Source: a bacterium (GTDB lineage: Bacteria > UBP7 > UBA6624 > JBBIMK01). From it: 32,000 nucleotides of DNA. The stretch spans positions 120,001-152,000 of the forward strand of contig JBBIMK010000001.1 of assembly GCA_037444445.1 (NCBI GenBank), read 5' to 3'. Below the pieces are notes generated by a model, which was not told where the DNA came from, ran no database searches, and saw only the letters and a program-made list of their open reading frames with translations. Below, in pieces: positions 23,130 through 31,501 of this stretch (position 1 is its first letter; each line of letters begins with the position of its first letter). A program made the position numbers and the translations under genes.

Positions 23130-25805
23130 ATGGATAAGCAGAAAACATTAGATAGACCCGGGAGAGCAGGAAGCGAGGAGCAAGGAAAAAAGGGAGGGCA
23201 GAAATTCCCTGGAAGTGTGATGTGGATTCAGTTCCAGAAGATTTTGCCTGCATTTGCCCTGTTCCTCTTACTGGGTGCAACTTCTCCATCTATGGAGTTT
23301 CAGGAAGCCACCCTATCCAGCGGGATGAAAGTGATTCTGGAACAGAATCACGCCTCGCCTTTAATTTCTGTGGTGATTGTGGTGGGTGTGGGCTCATCTC
23401 GTGAAACCCCGGAAACATCCGGGCTCAGTCATCTTCTGGAGCATCTTCTATTTGACGGCACTGCCACGCAGACCCGGGAGCAAATAAAAAATCGCTTTGA
23501 TGATAAGGGGATTTATGTCAACGCTTATACCCGACAAGACTACACTGCTTTCATCATCACCAGCCCGAAGGAATTTATTGAGGATGCCTTAAAAAATCAG
23601 GCGGATATGCTTCTGGAATCCATCTTGCCTCTCCAGGAACTGGAAAAGGAGCGGAATGTGGTCATTGAGGAGATGACGAAGGACCGGGATAATCCAGTCA
23701 CACTGGCGGAGGAATGGTTTACTCAAACAGTTTTGAAGGGCACTCCGTATGAAAGGCCAATTATTGGGTATGAAAATGTGATACGGACGGTAAGCCGGGA
23801 TGAAGTCCTCCGATTTTACAGGCAATTTTATGTGCCCGAGAATATGACTGCCATTGTGGTAGGGGATTTTGAGCCCACGGAAATCATACGGCTTCTCAAC
23901 GCAATCTATGGTGGGTGGACATCCAGTATGATTCCACCTGTATCATTCAAGGATTGGAAGCCTGCCGGAGGTGTGTTTGAGAGGGAGGCTGGGACATCAT
24001 CAATTTTAGTCAAAGTGGGTATGCCAGCGCCCAAACCTGGCACCGACGACGCCCTTGCCTTTGACCTTATTGCTTCCTACCTTGGAGGTTTAAATTCACC
24101 TCTTGGGCCGCTGCTGAAAGCCGAAAAATCGCCTCTCGTTACTGATTACAGTGTAGCCTATCAAATCCAGCGTTATCTGGGCTATCTGGAAATCAGCGCC
24201 ACTCTGACAGATAAGGAAAAGGTGGCTCCCTTTCTTTCGGGTCTCCAGCAGGGTTTCAAGCAGCTGGCTTCTCAAGGGGTTCCAGAAGAGGAATTAAAAA
24301 AAATTCAGCGCTCCATCCAGGTGAATCTGGCGTTTCAGACAGAAAATTACACTTATGAGGCGATGGCGCTGGCACACTCGGTTGGGACAGGAACCTGGAT
24401 GGCTCCGCAGGCCTATGTGGAGCGCATTCTTCAGGTTACACCTGCAAAAATTAAACAGGTGGCGAAAAAATATTTTTCCTCGCCCGTCTTGACAACCGCC
24501 ATTCTTGCGCCAGCAAAAGAGGAAAAAACATCCACGCCTACCCCGGCCTTCTCTATACAGAAAAAGGTGCTGGAGAACGGAGCAGTAGTTATTGCCAAAC
24601 AAAATCCAGGCAGCCCCATTTTTGCTGTGCATGTCCTTGTGAAGAACCGCCTTGCCCTGGAGCCATCCGGGAAGAATGGCCTGAGTTTTCTCGTTCAACA
24701 GCTTCTGGATAAAGGGACCACAACTCGTTCGGCAAAGCAAATATCCGAGGTTATGGAAGAAATCTCCGCCCGCCTGAAAACCGTGGATAACCCCTACATT
24801 CCTTTTGATGATTACTACAACTCTCGTAATTATGCGTATATTCGGTTTGAAACCCTCAAAGAACACCAGGAAAAGGGGCTGAATATCCTGATGGATATGC
24901 TCTTGCATCCTACCTTTCCAGATGAGGAAGTGAATAAAGCCAAAGTCTCTACCCAAATGCTGTTAAGACAATTCCAGAAGGATGCCAGGAAGGTTTCAGA
25001 AGGAATCCTCGCGAGCCTGCTTTCTCCGGACTCTCCCGATGGAAAGCCTCTTGAGGGCACTCTGGAAACTCTAAACTCTATTACTCGCCAGGATTTGTTA
25101 GACTACCACACCATTGCCTTCGCTCCGAACAATCTGATTTTTTCCATCGTTGGTGACTTTTCCCCGGAGAGTGCGATCCGAGCCGTGGAGAAGAGCATGA
25201 AAAACTTTGTGCCTGCAATCGTGCCCATCTCCACAAGGCAGCAGACTTCTGCCGGAAAAACAGTGACCCAATGGGTGGATAAGGACCAGGCGGTTCTTTA
25301 TGTGGGGAGGAATATTGTGGGGCCTAATGACCCGGATGCACCGGCTTTGAAAGTGTTAAGCCTTGTGCTCTCCAGCCGATTAGCCAATCATTTGCGAGAA
25401 GAAAAAGGGCTGGCTTACTCCATCGGTGCTGGCGTAGATTTTTCTCCGGATGGAGGAAAATTTATCATTTCCATCGGCACCCTATCAGAGCAAGTTAGGG
25501 TCGCCAGGCAGGGCATCTTTGACGAAATGCAGAATCTTCTGAAAAATCCCCCTGACTCCTTGGAAATTCAGCGAGAAATAAACCGCTACTGGGGGCAACA
25601 TCTCCGCTATCACATGAGCAGTATCAATCAGGCATTTTATTTAGGATATTACGAATTCATCGGCGTGGGCTATGAATATGATTTCCGCCACATAGAAAAC
25701 CTTCGCAAATTATCCACTGGGGATATACAAAATGTGGTGAAAAAATATTTCAGCGACCCAAACGAGTGGTTTGTAGCAATTGCCGGTCGTGTTCAACCGG
25801 ATTAA
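23130..25805 (+). CDS. double-length M16 (pitrilysin/PqqL-like) zinc peptidase
   Basis: 891 aa. Inverted zincin motif HLLEH (SHLLEHLLFDG) in the N-terminal half. The second M16-like half has the motif replaced (FLVQQLL). GGGGTGAGGA Shine-Dalgarno sequence before ATG 23130. An alternative start at 23220 (MWIQFQKILPAFALFLLLGA) would give a plain signal peptide. Confidence 0.87.
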   Translation: MDKQKTLDRPGRAGSEEQGKKGGQKFPGSVMWIQFQKILPAFALFLLLGATSPSMEFQEATLSSGMKVILEQNHASPLISVVIVVGVGSSRETPETSGLSHLLEHLLFDGTATQTREQIKNRFDDKGIYVNAYTRQDYTAFIITSPKEFIEDALKNQADMLLESILPLQELEKERNVVIEEMTKDRDNPVTLAEEWFTQTVLKGTPYERPIIGYENVIRTVSRDEVLRFYRQFYVPENMTAIVVGDFEPTEIIRLLNAIYGGWTSSMIPPVSFKDWKPAGGVFEREAGTSSILVKVGMPAPKPGTDDALAFDLIASYLGGLNSPLGPLLKAEKSPLVTDYSVAYQIQRYLGYLEISATLTDKEKVAPFLSGLQQGFKQLASQGVPEEELKKIQRSIQVNLAFQTENYTYEAMALAHSVGTGTWMAPQAYVERILQVTPAKIKQVAKKYFSSPVLTTAILAPAKEEKTSTPTPAFSIQKKVLENGAVVIAKQNPGSPIFAVHVLVKNRLALEPSGKNGLSFLVQQLLDKGTTTRSAKQISEVMEEISARLKTVDNPYIPFDDYYNSRNYAYIRFETLKEHQEKGLNILMDMLLHPTFPDEEVNKAKVSTQMLLRQFQKDARKVSEGILASLLSPDSPDGKPLEGTLETLNSITRQDLLDYHTIAFAPNNLIFSIVGDFSPESAIRAVEKSMKNFVPAIVPISTRQQTSAGKTVTQWVDKDQAVLYVGRNIVGPNDPDAPALKVLSLVLSSRLANHLREEKGLAYSIGAGVDFSPDGGKFIISIGTLSEQVRVARQGIFDEMQNLLKNPPDSLEIQREINRYWGQHLRYHMSSINQAFYLGYYEFIGVGYEYDFRHIENLRKLSTGDIQNVVKKYFSDPNEWFVAIAGRVQPD

Positions 25806-25958
25806 GAAGTGAGGACCCGGGAGAAGGAACACAAGACGTCTCATCGTGGCTTATGGAAGCCCAGCAGTGCTCATACGGTGAGCCATCGGTATCTAAACTA
25901 TTGGACCCCATTCATATTGACATTACCCGAATTTCGCCTGCATTATATTCGCCATATT

Positions 25959-25984
25959 TTGAATTTGATAGAAGGTGATATAAT
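25959..25984 (+). promoter_or_regulatory. candidate extended -10 promoter (TGaTATAAT) for the riboswitch leader
   Basis: TATAAT at 25979-25984 preceded by TGa. The TTGAAT at 25959 has only a 14-nt spacer, so the call rests mainly on the extended -10. Confidence 0.4.
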
Positions 25985-25989
25985 GTGAA

Positions 25990-26235
25990 TCGGGTCTGGT
26001 GGCGAAAGCCCTAAGAGGGAACCCCGATGGAATTCGGGGGCGGCCCCCGCCACCGTGACCGGGACGAAAGCAGCGTTTCCCTGCGATGTTATCCGCAAGG
26101 GAAGAGCCACTGAATAGGTGGGTTGCAAGGCTGCCTGTTCGGGAAGGCGCTGTTCCGATGGAGGTCGGAACCCTGTGTTTCGTTACTCACAGGGCGAGTA
26201 GGATGAACCGGAAGCCGGGAGACCTGCCAGACCTG
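25990..26235 (+). promoter_or_regulatory. cobalamin (B12) riboswitch
   Basis: Conserved core GGTGGCGAAAGCC..AGGGAA..CCGATGGAATTCGGGGGCGGCCCCCGCCACCGTGA, plus the B12 box GAAGCCGGGAGACCTGCCAG at 26211-26230. Directly upstream of B12-type uptake genes. Confidence 0.88.
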
Positions 26236-26253
26236 AAAAGTTCGCGGGCGGCG

Positions 26254-27159
26254 ATGAGATTGTTTTCTTTTCTTTCAGCACATTTCTTTCAACGCTCCTA
26301 CTACCTCTTCTGTCTCCTTTTACTGATTGGAGCTATTCCACCTCAACGGATTGTTTCTATGGCTCCAAACATCACAGAAATCGTGTCTGCTCTGGGTGCT
26401 CTCAAGCGACTCGTGGGGGTCACTTTATTCTGCGATTATCCACCTGAGGTTAAAAACATTCCAAAAGTGGGAGGCTGGGTGAATCCGAACCTGGAAAAAC
26501 TCATTACTCTGAAACCGGATATCGTTCTTCTCACGAAAGGACAGGATGCTTTTCTATTACGACGCTTCCATTCCCTGGGAGTGCAGTATCTGGAGGTTCG
26601 CACTGAAACACTTGCGGATATTTTACAAGCCATTCTTCAGATTGGTAGAGCAATAGGTGAGGAGAAGACTGCTGCGGAGTTAGTCCAGAGCCTGAACCGT
26701 GACTTCACAGCTCATCGCCTTCAATACAGGGGAAAGCCAGGGAAAAAAATCTTCTGGATACTCGGGCGCACTCCAGGGAGTTTCAAAGAGATGCTAACTC
26801 CTGCCTCGGGAACTTTTATGGATGAAGTGATACATATAGCAGGAGGCTGGAATGTTGCTCATTACTACGGTAAAGGATATATCCGGGTTTCCCTTGAAAC
26901 ACTCCTGGTGGAAAATCCAGATGTAATTGTGGAAACCTATCCTCTTCCTGAAAGAACGGTTTCCTCATCCTGGGAGAGGTTGCAGGGAGAAGGGATAAAA
27001 GAATGGGGAAGATGGAAAGAAATCAAAGCGGTTCAGACCGGTGAACTCTACCGAATCTATGATGAGGCGGTCCTTCGCCCCAGCCAGCGAATCCAAGTTT
27101 CGCTTCGTATCTTTGATGAAATTCTACACGGAAGGAAGCCCGATGGAAACCGTTCTTGA
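26254..27159 (+). CDS. btuF: ABC transporter periplasmic substrate-binding protein, BtuF/FhuD (cluster A) family
   Basis: Start moved to ATG 26254 (MRLFSFLSAHFF.., hydrophobic N-terminus) because the ORF-track 5' extension covers the riboswitch. RIVSMAPNITEIVSALGA..LVGVT..CDYP..KPDIVL is the Peripla_BP_2 pattern. Confidence 0.85.
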   Translation: MRLFSFLSAHFFQRSYYLFCLLLLIGAIPPQRIVSMAPNITEIVSALGALKRLVGVTLFCDYPPEVKNIPKVGGWVNPNLEKLITLKPDIVLLTKGQDAFLLRRFHSLGVQYLEVRTETLADILQAILQIGRAIGEEKTAAELVQSLNRDFTAHRLQYRGKPGKKIFWILGRTPGSFKEMLTPASGTFMDEVIHIAGGWNVAHYYGKGYIRVSLETLLVENPDVIVETYPLPERTVSSSWERLQGEGIKEWGRWKEIKAVQTGELYRIYDEAVLRPSQRIQVSLRIFDEILHGRKPDGNRS

Positions 27160-27916
27160 AGTTTCAGGATTGACATTTTCTTACCATCCTTCATCGCCAA
27201 TTTTGAAGAACTTAACCTTTACTCTTAAGGCCGGCTGCCTTGCAGCAGTGATCGGAGTCAATGCATCCGGGAAAACCACATTGCTAAAAATCCTGTGTGG
27301 AATACTCACACCTCAAGGAGGGGAACACAAATTATTCGGGCAAAGCATTAGCACTTACAGCCGTGAAAATCTGGCGAAAATGATTTCGTATGTTCCTCAA
27401 GAATTTTCTCTCTCCTTTCCATTCACCGTGGAGGAGGTGGTGTTGCTTGGAAGGAGTCATTTATCCAGGAGATATTTTTATGAAAGGCAAGAAGACATCC
27501 ACATCGCCCGAGAAGCGCTGGAGCAAGTGGGGCTTCAGGCGAAATCATCTTTGCCTGCAACTTCTCTATCCGGAGGGGAAAAAACTCTTTTGTCCATTGC
27601 ACGAGCGCTTGCCCAGCGTCCCCGCCTGTTTCTACTGGATGAACCTTCAGGCTTCCTGGATATGAAACACAAGTTTCAACTGATATCTCTACTGAAAACC
27701 CTGGCGCACGACAGGGGGCTTTGCATCCTAACCGTCACCCACGATTTGTTCCTATTCCCACACTTTGACCAGATATTTGCCCTTCAGGAAGGAATGCTGG
27801 CGATGAGTGGTGCTCCGGACAATTTCCTCCGCTCGGATGTTCTTCAGAAGATTTACGGCATCCCGGTGAGAATAGAAAAGGGGCCGGAGCACTTATATTT
27901 TTCATTCAACGGGTAA
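27143..27916 (+). CDS. ABC transporter ATP-binding protein (BtuD/FepC-like)
   Basis: Start at ATG 27143 (METVLEVSGLTFSY). Walker A GVNASGKTT, signature LSGGEK, Walker B LFLLDEPSGFLD and H-loop VTHD. Overlaps the btuF end by 17 nt. Confidence 0.9.
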   Translation: METVLEVSGLTFSYHPSSPILKNLTFTLKAGCLAAVIGVNASGKTTLLKILCGILTPQGGEHKLFGQSISTYSRENLAKMISYVPQEFSLSFPFTVEEVVLLGRSHLSRRYFYERQEDIHIAREALEQVGLQAKSSLPATSLSGGEKTLLSIARALAQRPRLFLLDEPSGFLDMKHKFQLISLLKTLAHDRGLCILTVTHDLFLFPHFDQIFALQEGMLAMSGAPDNFLRSDVLQKIYGIPVRIEKGPEHLYFSFNG

Positions 27917-28902
27917 TGCTTTTTCAACAACGCTTCCGGAAAGCAGTGATGATTCTTCTGGAGATTCTCTTGATTACAGCATTGGTGAGTTTGAATTTTG
28001 GAAGCACTTCTATCACCCTGATGAGTGCATTTCGCCATATGGATTCTACGACTATCTCCGTGCTATTCGGACTCCGACTGCCCCGAATCCTTTATGGGAT
28101 GGTCATCGGGGGGTCTTTAGGATTGTGCGGTGCCGTTCTTCAGGGTCTCTTCCGCAATCCACTGGCAACTCCGTATACGCTGGGGATAGCCGGGGGGGCT
28201 GCGCTGGGCACCACTCTGGCTCTCTTTTTCCATGCCCCCTTTCCTGTGCAGATAACGACCTCCTTCCTCTTCAGCCTCCTGACAATGATTTTCGTTTATC
28301 GCCTTTCTATCGGTCCCACCGGAGTTCGCCTCACTTCCCTGTTACTGGCTGGAGTGGTAGCAAATTTCTTTTTCTCTTCCCTCGTTCTTCTGATTCAGTA
28401 TCTTTCGGAATCTATCCTCAACTTACGGATATTTCATTGGCTAATGGGAAATCTGGAAGTAGAGGGTTACGGAGAACTGGGAATTATCTGCCTGCTTTTA
28501 ATCCCTGGCTGGATTTTTCTTCTTACTACGGCGAAAGGATTGAATGTTCTTTCTCTCGGGGAAGAAACGGCCACTTCAATGGGGGTGAATATCCAGGAAT
28601 TGGAACGGAAGATTTATCTGGTCTCATCTTACATCGTGGCTGTAACCGTTTCTCTGGCAGGGCCCATCGGATTTGTGGGGCTTATTGCCCCTCATTTGCT
28701 TCGGGTTCTCTGGGGGGTGGATGCCCGACTCATTCTTCCCTGCTCCATTCTCGGCGGGGCAATCTTGCTGATTATTTCCGATACCCTGGCCCGAACCGTG
28801 ATTGCACCGGCAGAAATCCCTGTGGGTATTATCACTGCTACCCTGGGTGGCCCCTTTTTCCTGTTTCTCCTATGGCGTTCTCGCCGCGAGATTATTCTGT
28901 AA
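27916..28902 (+). CDS. FecCD-family ABC permease (BtuC-like)
   Basis: 328 aa, polytopic. RLPRILYGMVIGGSLGLCGAVLQGLFRNPLATPYTLGIAGGAALG is the FecCD signature region. TAATG junction with the ATPase gene. Confidence 0.9.
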   Translation: MLFQQRFRKAVMILLEILLITALVSLNFGSTSITLMSAFRHMDSTTISVLFGLRLPRILYGMVIGGSLGLCGAVLQGLFRNPLATPYTLGIAGGAALGTTLALFFHAPFPVQITTSFLFSLLTMIFVYRLSIGPTGVRLTSLLLAGVVANFFFSSLVLLIQYLSESILNLRIFHWLMGNLEVEGYGELGIICLLLIPGWIFLLTTAKGLNVLSLGEETATSMGVNIQELERKIYLVSSYIVAVTVSLAGPIGFVGLIAPHLLRVLWGVDARLILPCSILGGAILLIISDTLARTVIAPAEIPVGIITATLGGPFFLFLLWRSRREIIL

Positions 28903-30842
28903 TCCTCAGGGGGTGCTCTTCACGCCATCTCCCTCTTATTTTCGTTTTCATCCTTGGCTTTATCAGTGCTGAAAAATCAGAAAAGCAGAACACCCAAGCG
29001 ACCGTCTATGAGCTGGGAGAGATAACCGTTTCCGCTCCGTTAGATGAATCCTTCATTTTCTCTCCTTTTTTTAAAGAAATTATAGAGGCTCCTCAACAAA
29101 ACCCTACTCGTTCTCTAACAGACCAACTCAGCATTCTGCCAGGGGTGCGAACGACCCGATACGGAGGATGGGGGGGGTTTACGACCCTTAGTATCCGGGG
29201 GTCCTCCGCTTCTCAAGTTCTCATCTTCTGGAACGGAATGCTACTAAATCTCGGTTATACGGGCATCGTCAATCTGAGCGATTTACCCCTGGAGGGAGTC
29301 AAACGAATAGAGGTCTACAAGAGTTTTACACCTGTAGAAATGGGGAGCGGTGCCATCGGCGGAGCCGTGAATTTAATCAGTCATAGATACCCGTATAGCC
29401 CCAGATTTTCTTCTTTTTCGGGTTCTTATTCAACGGGGAAATTCTCCCTCTTCCTTCCCTATCAAAATCACTGGGTGGCATTCGCGGGAGAATCGTCCAG
29501 AGGAAATTTTCCTTTTCATTCCGACAATGGAACTCCTTACAATCCAGCAGACGACTTCACCGATGTCAGGAAGAATAACGATTATCGTGCGTTAGAAGGA
29601 ATGGGGAAATTTCAGTGGGGGAAAAAATCTTCCTTTTGGGCCGTGGATGCCGAGGTATATACAAAAAAACAAGGCTTACCCGGCATTTACAGTAATCAAT
29701 CAAAACACGCCCGATTTAATCCGAGGCGATGGCTTCTGACCCTCACCACACAACAAACCTGGAGAGAAGCGAAGGGGGATTTTGTTTTTTATTTTCACCG
29801 TCAAGATGACCATTTTACCGACCCGGCGGGTGAAGTCTCTTTAATTCCTCAGGACACTATCTACGGAACGGTTGCCTGGGGCACACGGTTTCAAATTGCC
29901 TTCCCCTTTTCATCTTCTCATTCTCTCGCAACCTCGCTGAATTACCGGAATGAATCCTTCCGAGCCAAAGGAAGTAGCGGAATACAGATGGAAGGAAGGA
30001 ATCAGCGTCAATCCCTGTTTTGGGGGCTGGAGGACACCCACTGGGTAACTGACAGGTGGGGAGTTTACCTTCAAACCGGCTGGGAAGCCATAGAAAACAG
30101 GTATCAAGAAACCCGCCGTGAACACCTCATCTCTGCCCGTTTAGGAATGACTTATGAAGTGGATTCACATATTGCCATCAAAGGGAACATAGGCAAAGGC
30201 TACCGAATTCCTAATTTTACAGAACTCTTTGGCGACCGAGGATTTGTGATGGGCAATCCAGACCTGGTGCCTGAAAAAAGCCTGAATATGGATGTAGGAG
30301 GGAATTTTTCTGGTCGCTGGGGAAACTTCACTCTTGCTTACTATGAATCCCATCCCAAAAACCTTATCTTATACTGGCAAAACTCACAAAGAACGATTAA
30401 GGCATTTAATCTGGAGCAGGCAGAAATCAAAGGCGTGGAGTTCAGCCTGAAATCCCGATGGAAGCGGAACGACATTCTAACAAACTATACCTATCAGCGA
30501 GCGGTGGATAAGGGACCATCATTCTGGGAGGGAAATCTTTTACCTTCCCGCCCGGTGCACGAGGCATTTTTTCGTCTCCAGCACAAATTTTCAAGGAAAT
30601 TTCCTATCACGGCTCACTATGAGTTTGCGTACACAGGAAAAATCTATTTAGACCGAGCGAACCAGATTCTAACGGGTGGCATTCGGACTCACACGGCAGG
30701 GTTTAGTGTGCAACGCGGTTCGCTCTTCTACACGATAGAGGTCCGGAATATCAGAAATGTGAGAGGGAATGATACCCTGGGATTCCCGTTACCCGGAAGG
30801 GCATGGTTCCTTTCCATGTCCACACCCATTCAGAAAAAATGA
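28872..30842 (+). CDS. TonB-dependent outer-membrane receptor (BtuB-like)
   Basis: Start set to ATG 28872 (MAFSPRDYSVILRGCSSRHLPLIFVFILGFISA|EKSE signal peptide). There is no ATG/GTG/TTG in frame between it and the plug domain. TonB-box-like ELGEITVSA. The plug region (GVRTTRYGGWGGFTTLSIRGSSASQVLIFWNGMLLN) is followed by a long beta-barrel region. Overlaps the permease gene by 31 nt. Confidence 0.85.
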   Translation: MAFSPRDYSVILRGCSSRHLPLIFVFILGFISAEKSEKQNTQATVYELGEITVSAPLDESFIFSPFFKEIIEAPQQNPTRSLTDQLSILPGVRTTRYGGWGGFTTLSIRGSSASQVLIFWNGMLLNLGYTGIVNLSDLPLEGVKRIEVYKSFTPVEMGSGAIGGAVNLISHRYPYSPRFSSFSGSYSTGKFSLFLPYQNHWVAFAGESSRGNFPFHSDNGTPYNPADDFTDVRKNNDYRALEGMGKFQWGKKSSFWAVDAEVYTKKQGLPGIYSNQSKHARFNPRRWLLTLTTQQTWREAKGDFVFYFHRQDDHFTDPAGEVSLIPQDTIYGTVAWGTRFQIAFPFSSSHSLATSLNYRNESFRAKGSSGIQMEGRNQRQSLFWGLEDTHWVTDRWGVYLQTGWEAIENRYQETRREHLISARLGMTYEVDSHIAIKGNIGKGYRIPNFTELFGDRGFVMGNPDLVPEKSLNMDVGGNFSGRWGNFTLAYYESHPKNLILYWQNSQRTIKAFNLEQAEIKGVEFSLKSRWKRNDILTNYTYQRAVDKGPSFWEGNLLPSRPVHEAFFRLQHKFSRKFPITAHYEFAYTGKIYLDRANQILTGGIRTHTAGFSVQRGSLFYTIEVRNIRNVRGNDTLGFPLPGRAWFLSMSTPIQKK

Positions 30843-31501
30843 ATCGGTAGATGCTCAACAGGAGCATTCTCCAGAGCGATTTCATACCGCAAACGGCAAA
30901 TCGGACACAGGGCAGGGGTCTGCTGGTCCAACTCTTCCACGTTTGCGGCTTCATACATAACGCATGGCGGGAAGGGGCAGGGAGTAAGACCAAAAGTTTC
31001 ACCGAGAGCATAAAGAGCAACCTTTTGTATTCTCCGGATGAGGACTTCTTCATCACTTCGCAAACCCGGAGACCAAAGTCGGTGCAGGCTCACAATACCT
31101 GCGCCACCGCCTCTGAGTCCTGCCCCAAAAACAAAAGGCTTTCCATTTGCAAACAAATCTATGGAGGTTAATCCAATACAGCGATAAAAATCAAATCCTT
31201 TTTTCCGTTCCTCCTCCAGGATATCCAGAAGAACAGAAGTGCGGAACTGCTGACGGTTCTCATCAAAGGCTTCTTTCGGTGGAGGTATTTCTGGATGATG
31301 CTTGTATCGTCTCATCACATCCTGAGGCGCGGGGATACGAAATTCGCTCAGACAAATCTCCGGAATAACTTCCAGGTGCGAGGTGTCCACTTTTCCCACT
31401 GGAACCAGCAACAATCGGGTGCGATACCGAGGCTGAAACTCGAAGCGGTTATAGATTGGTTCGGACTCCGGCATGAGCATAAAGCCCCTTTTGACGAGCA
31501 T
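30830..31501 (-). CDS. archaemetzincin-family protein lacking the HExxH zinc site
   Basis: 223 aa. IGLTSIDLFANGKPFVFGAGLRGGGAGIVSLHRL and the C-x4-C-V-M-x16-C-x2-C tail (CPFPPCVMYEA..LCPIC) match the archaemetzincin core. The true start may be M8 or M10 (31480/31474). Convergent 13-nt overlap with the receptor gene end. Confidence 0.68.
   Translation of the reverse strand: MLVKRGFMLMPESEPIYNRFEFQPRYRTRLLLVPVGKVDTSHLEVIPEICLSEFRIPAPQDVMRRYKHHPEIPPPKEAFDENRQQFRTSVLLDILEEERKKGFDFYRCIGLTSIDLFANGKPFVFGAGLRGGGAGIVSLHRLWSPGLRSDEEVLIRRIQKVALYALGETFGLTPCPFPPCVMYEAANVEELDQQTPALCPICRLRYEIALENAPVEHLPIHFF

Noticed and set aside
26086-26253. 5' extension of the btuF-like ORF (starting MLSAREEPLNRW...)
   Set aside because: It lies entirely within the cobalamin riboswitch, including the B12 box. 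A hydrophobic N-terminus starts at ATG 26254.
28125-28871. 249-codon 5' extension of the TonB-receptor ORF, overlapping the permease gene in another frame
   Set aside because: The translation is a low-complexity Ser/Gly/Arg/Pro-rich sequence typical of an off-frame reading of a hydrophobic membrane gene. A proper signal peptide begins at ATG 28872.
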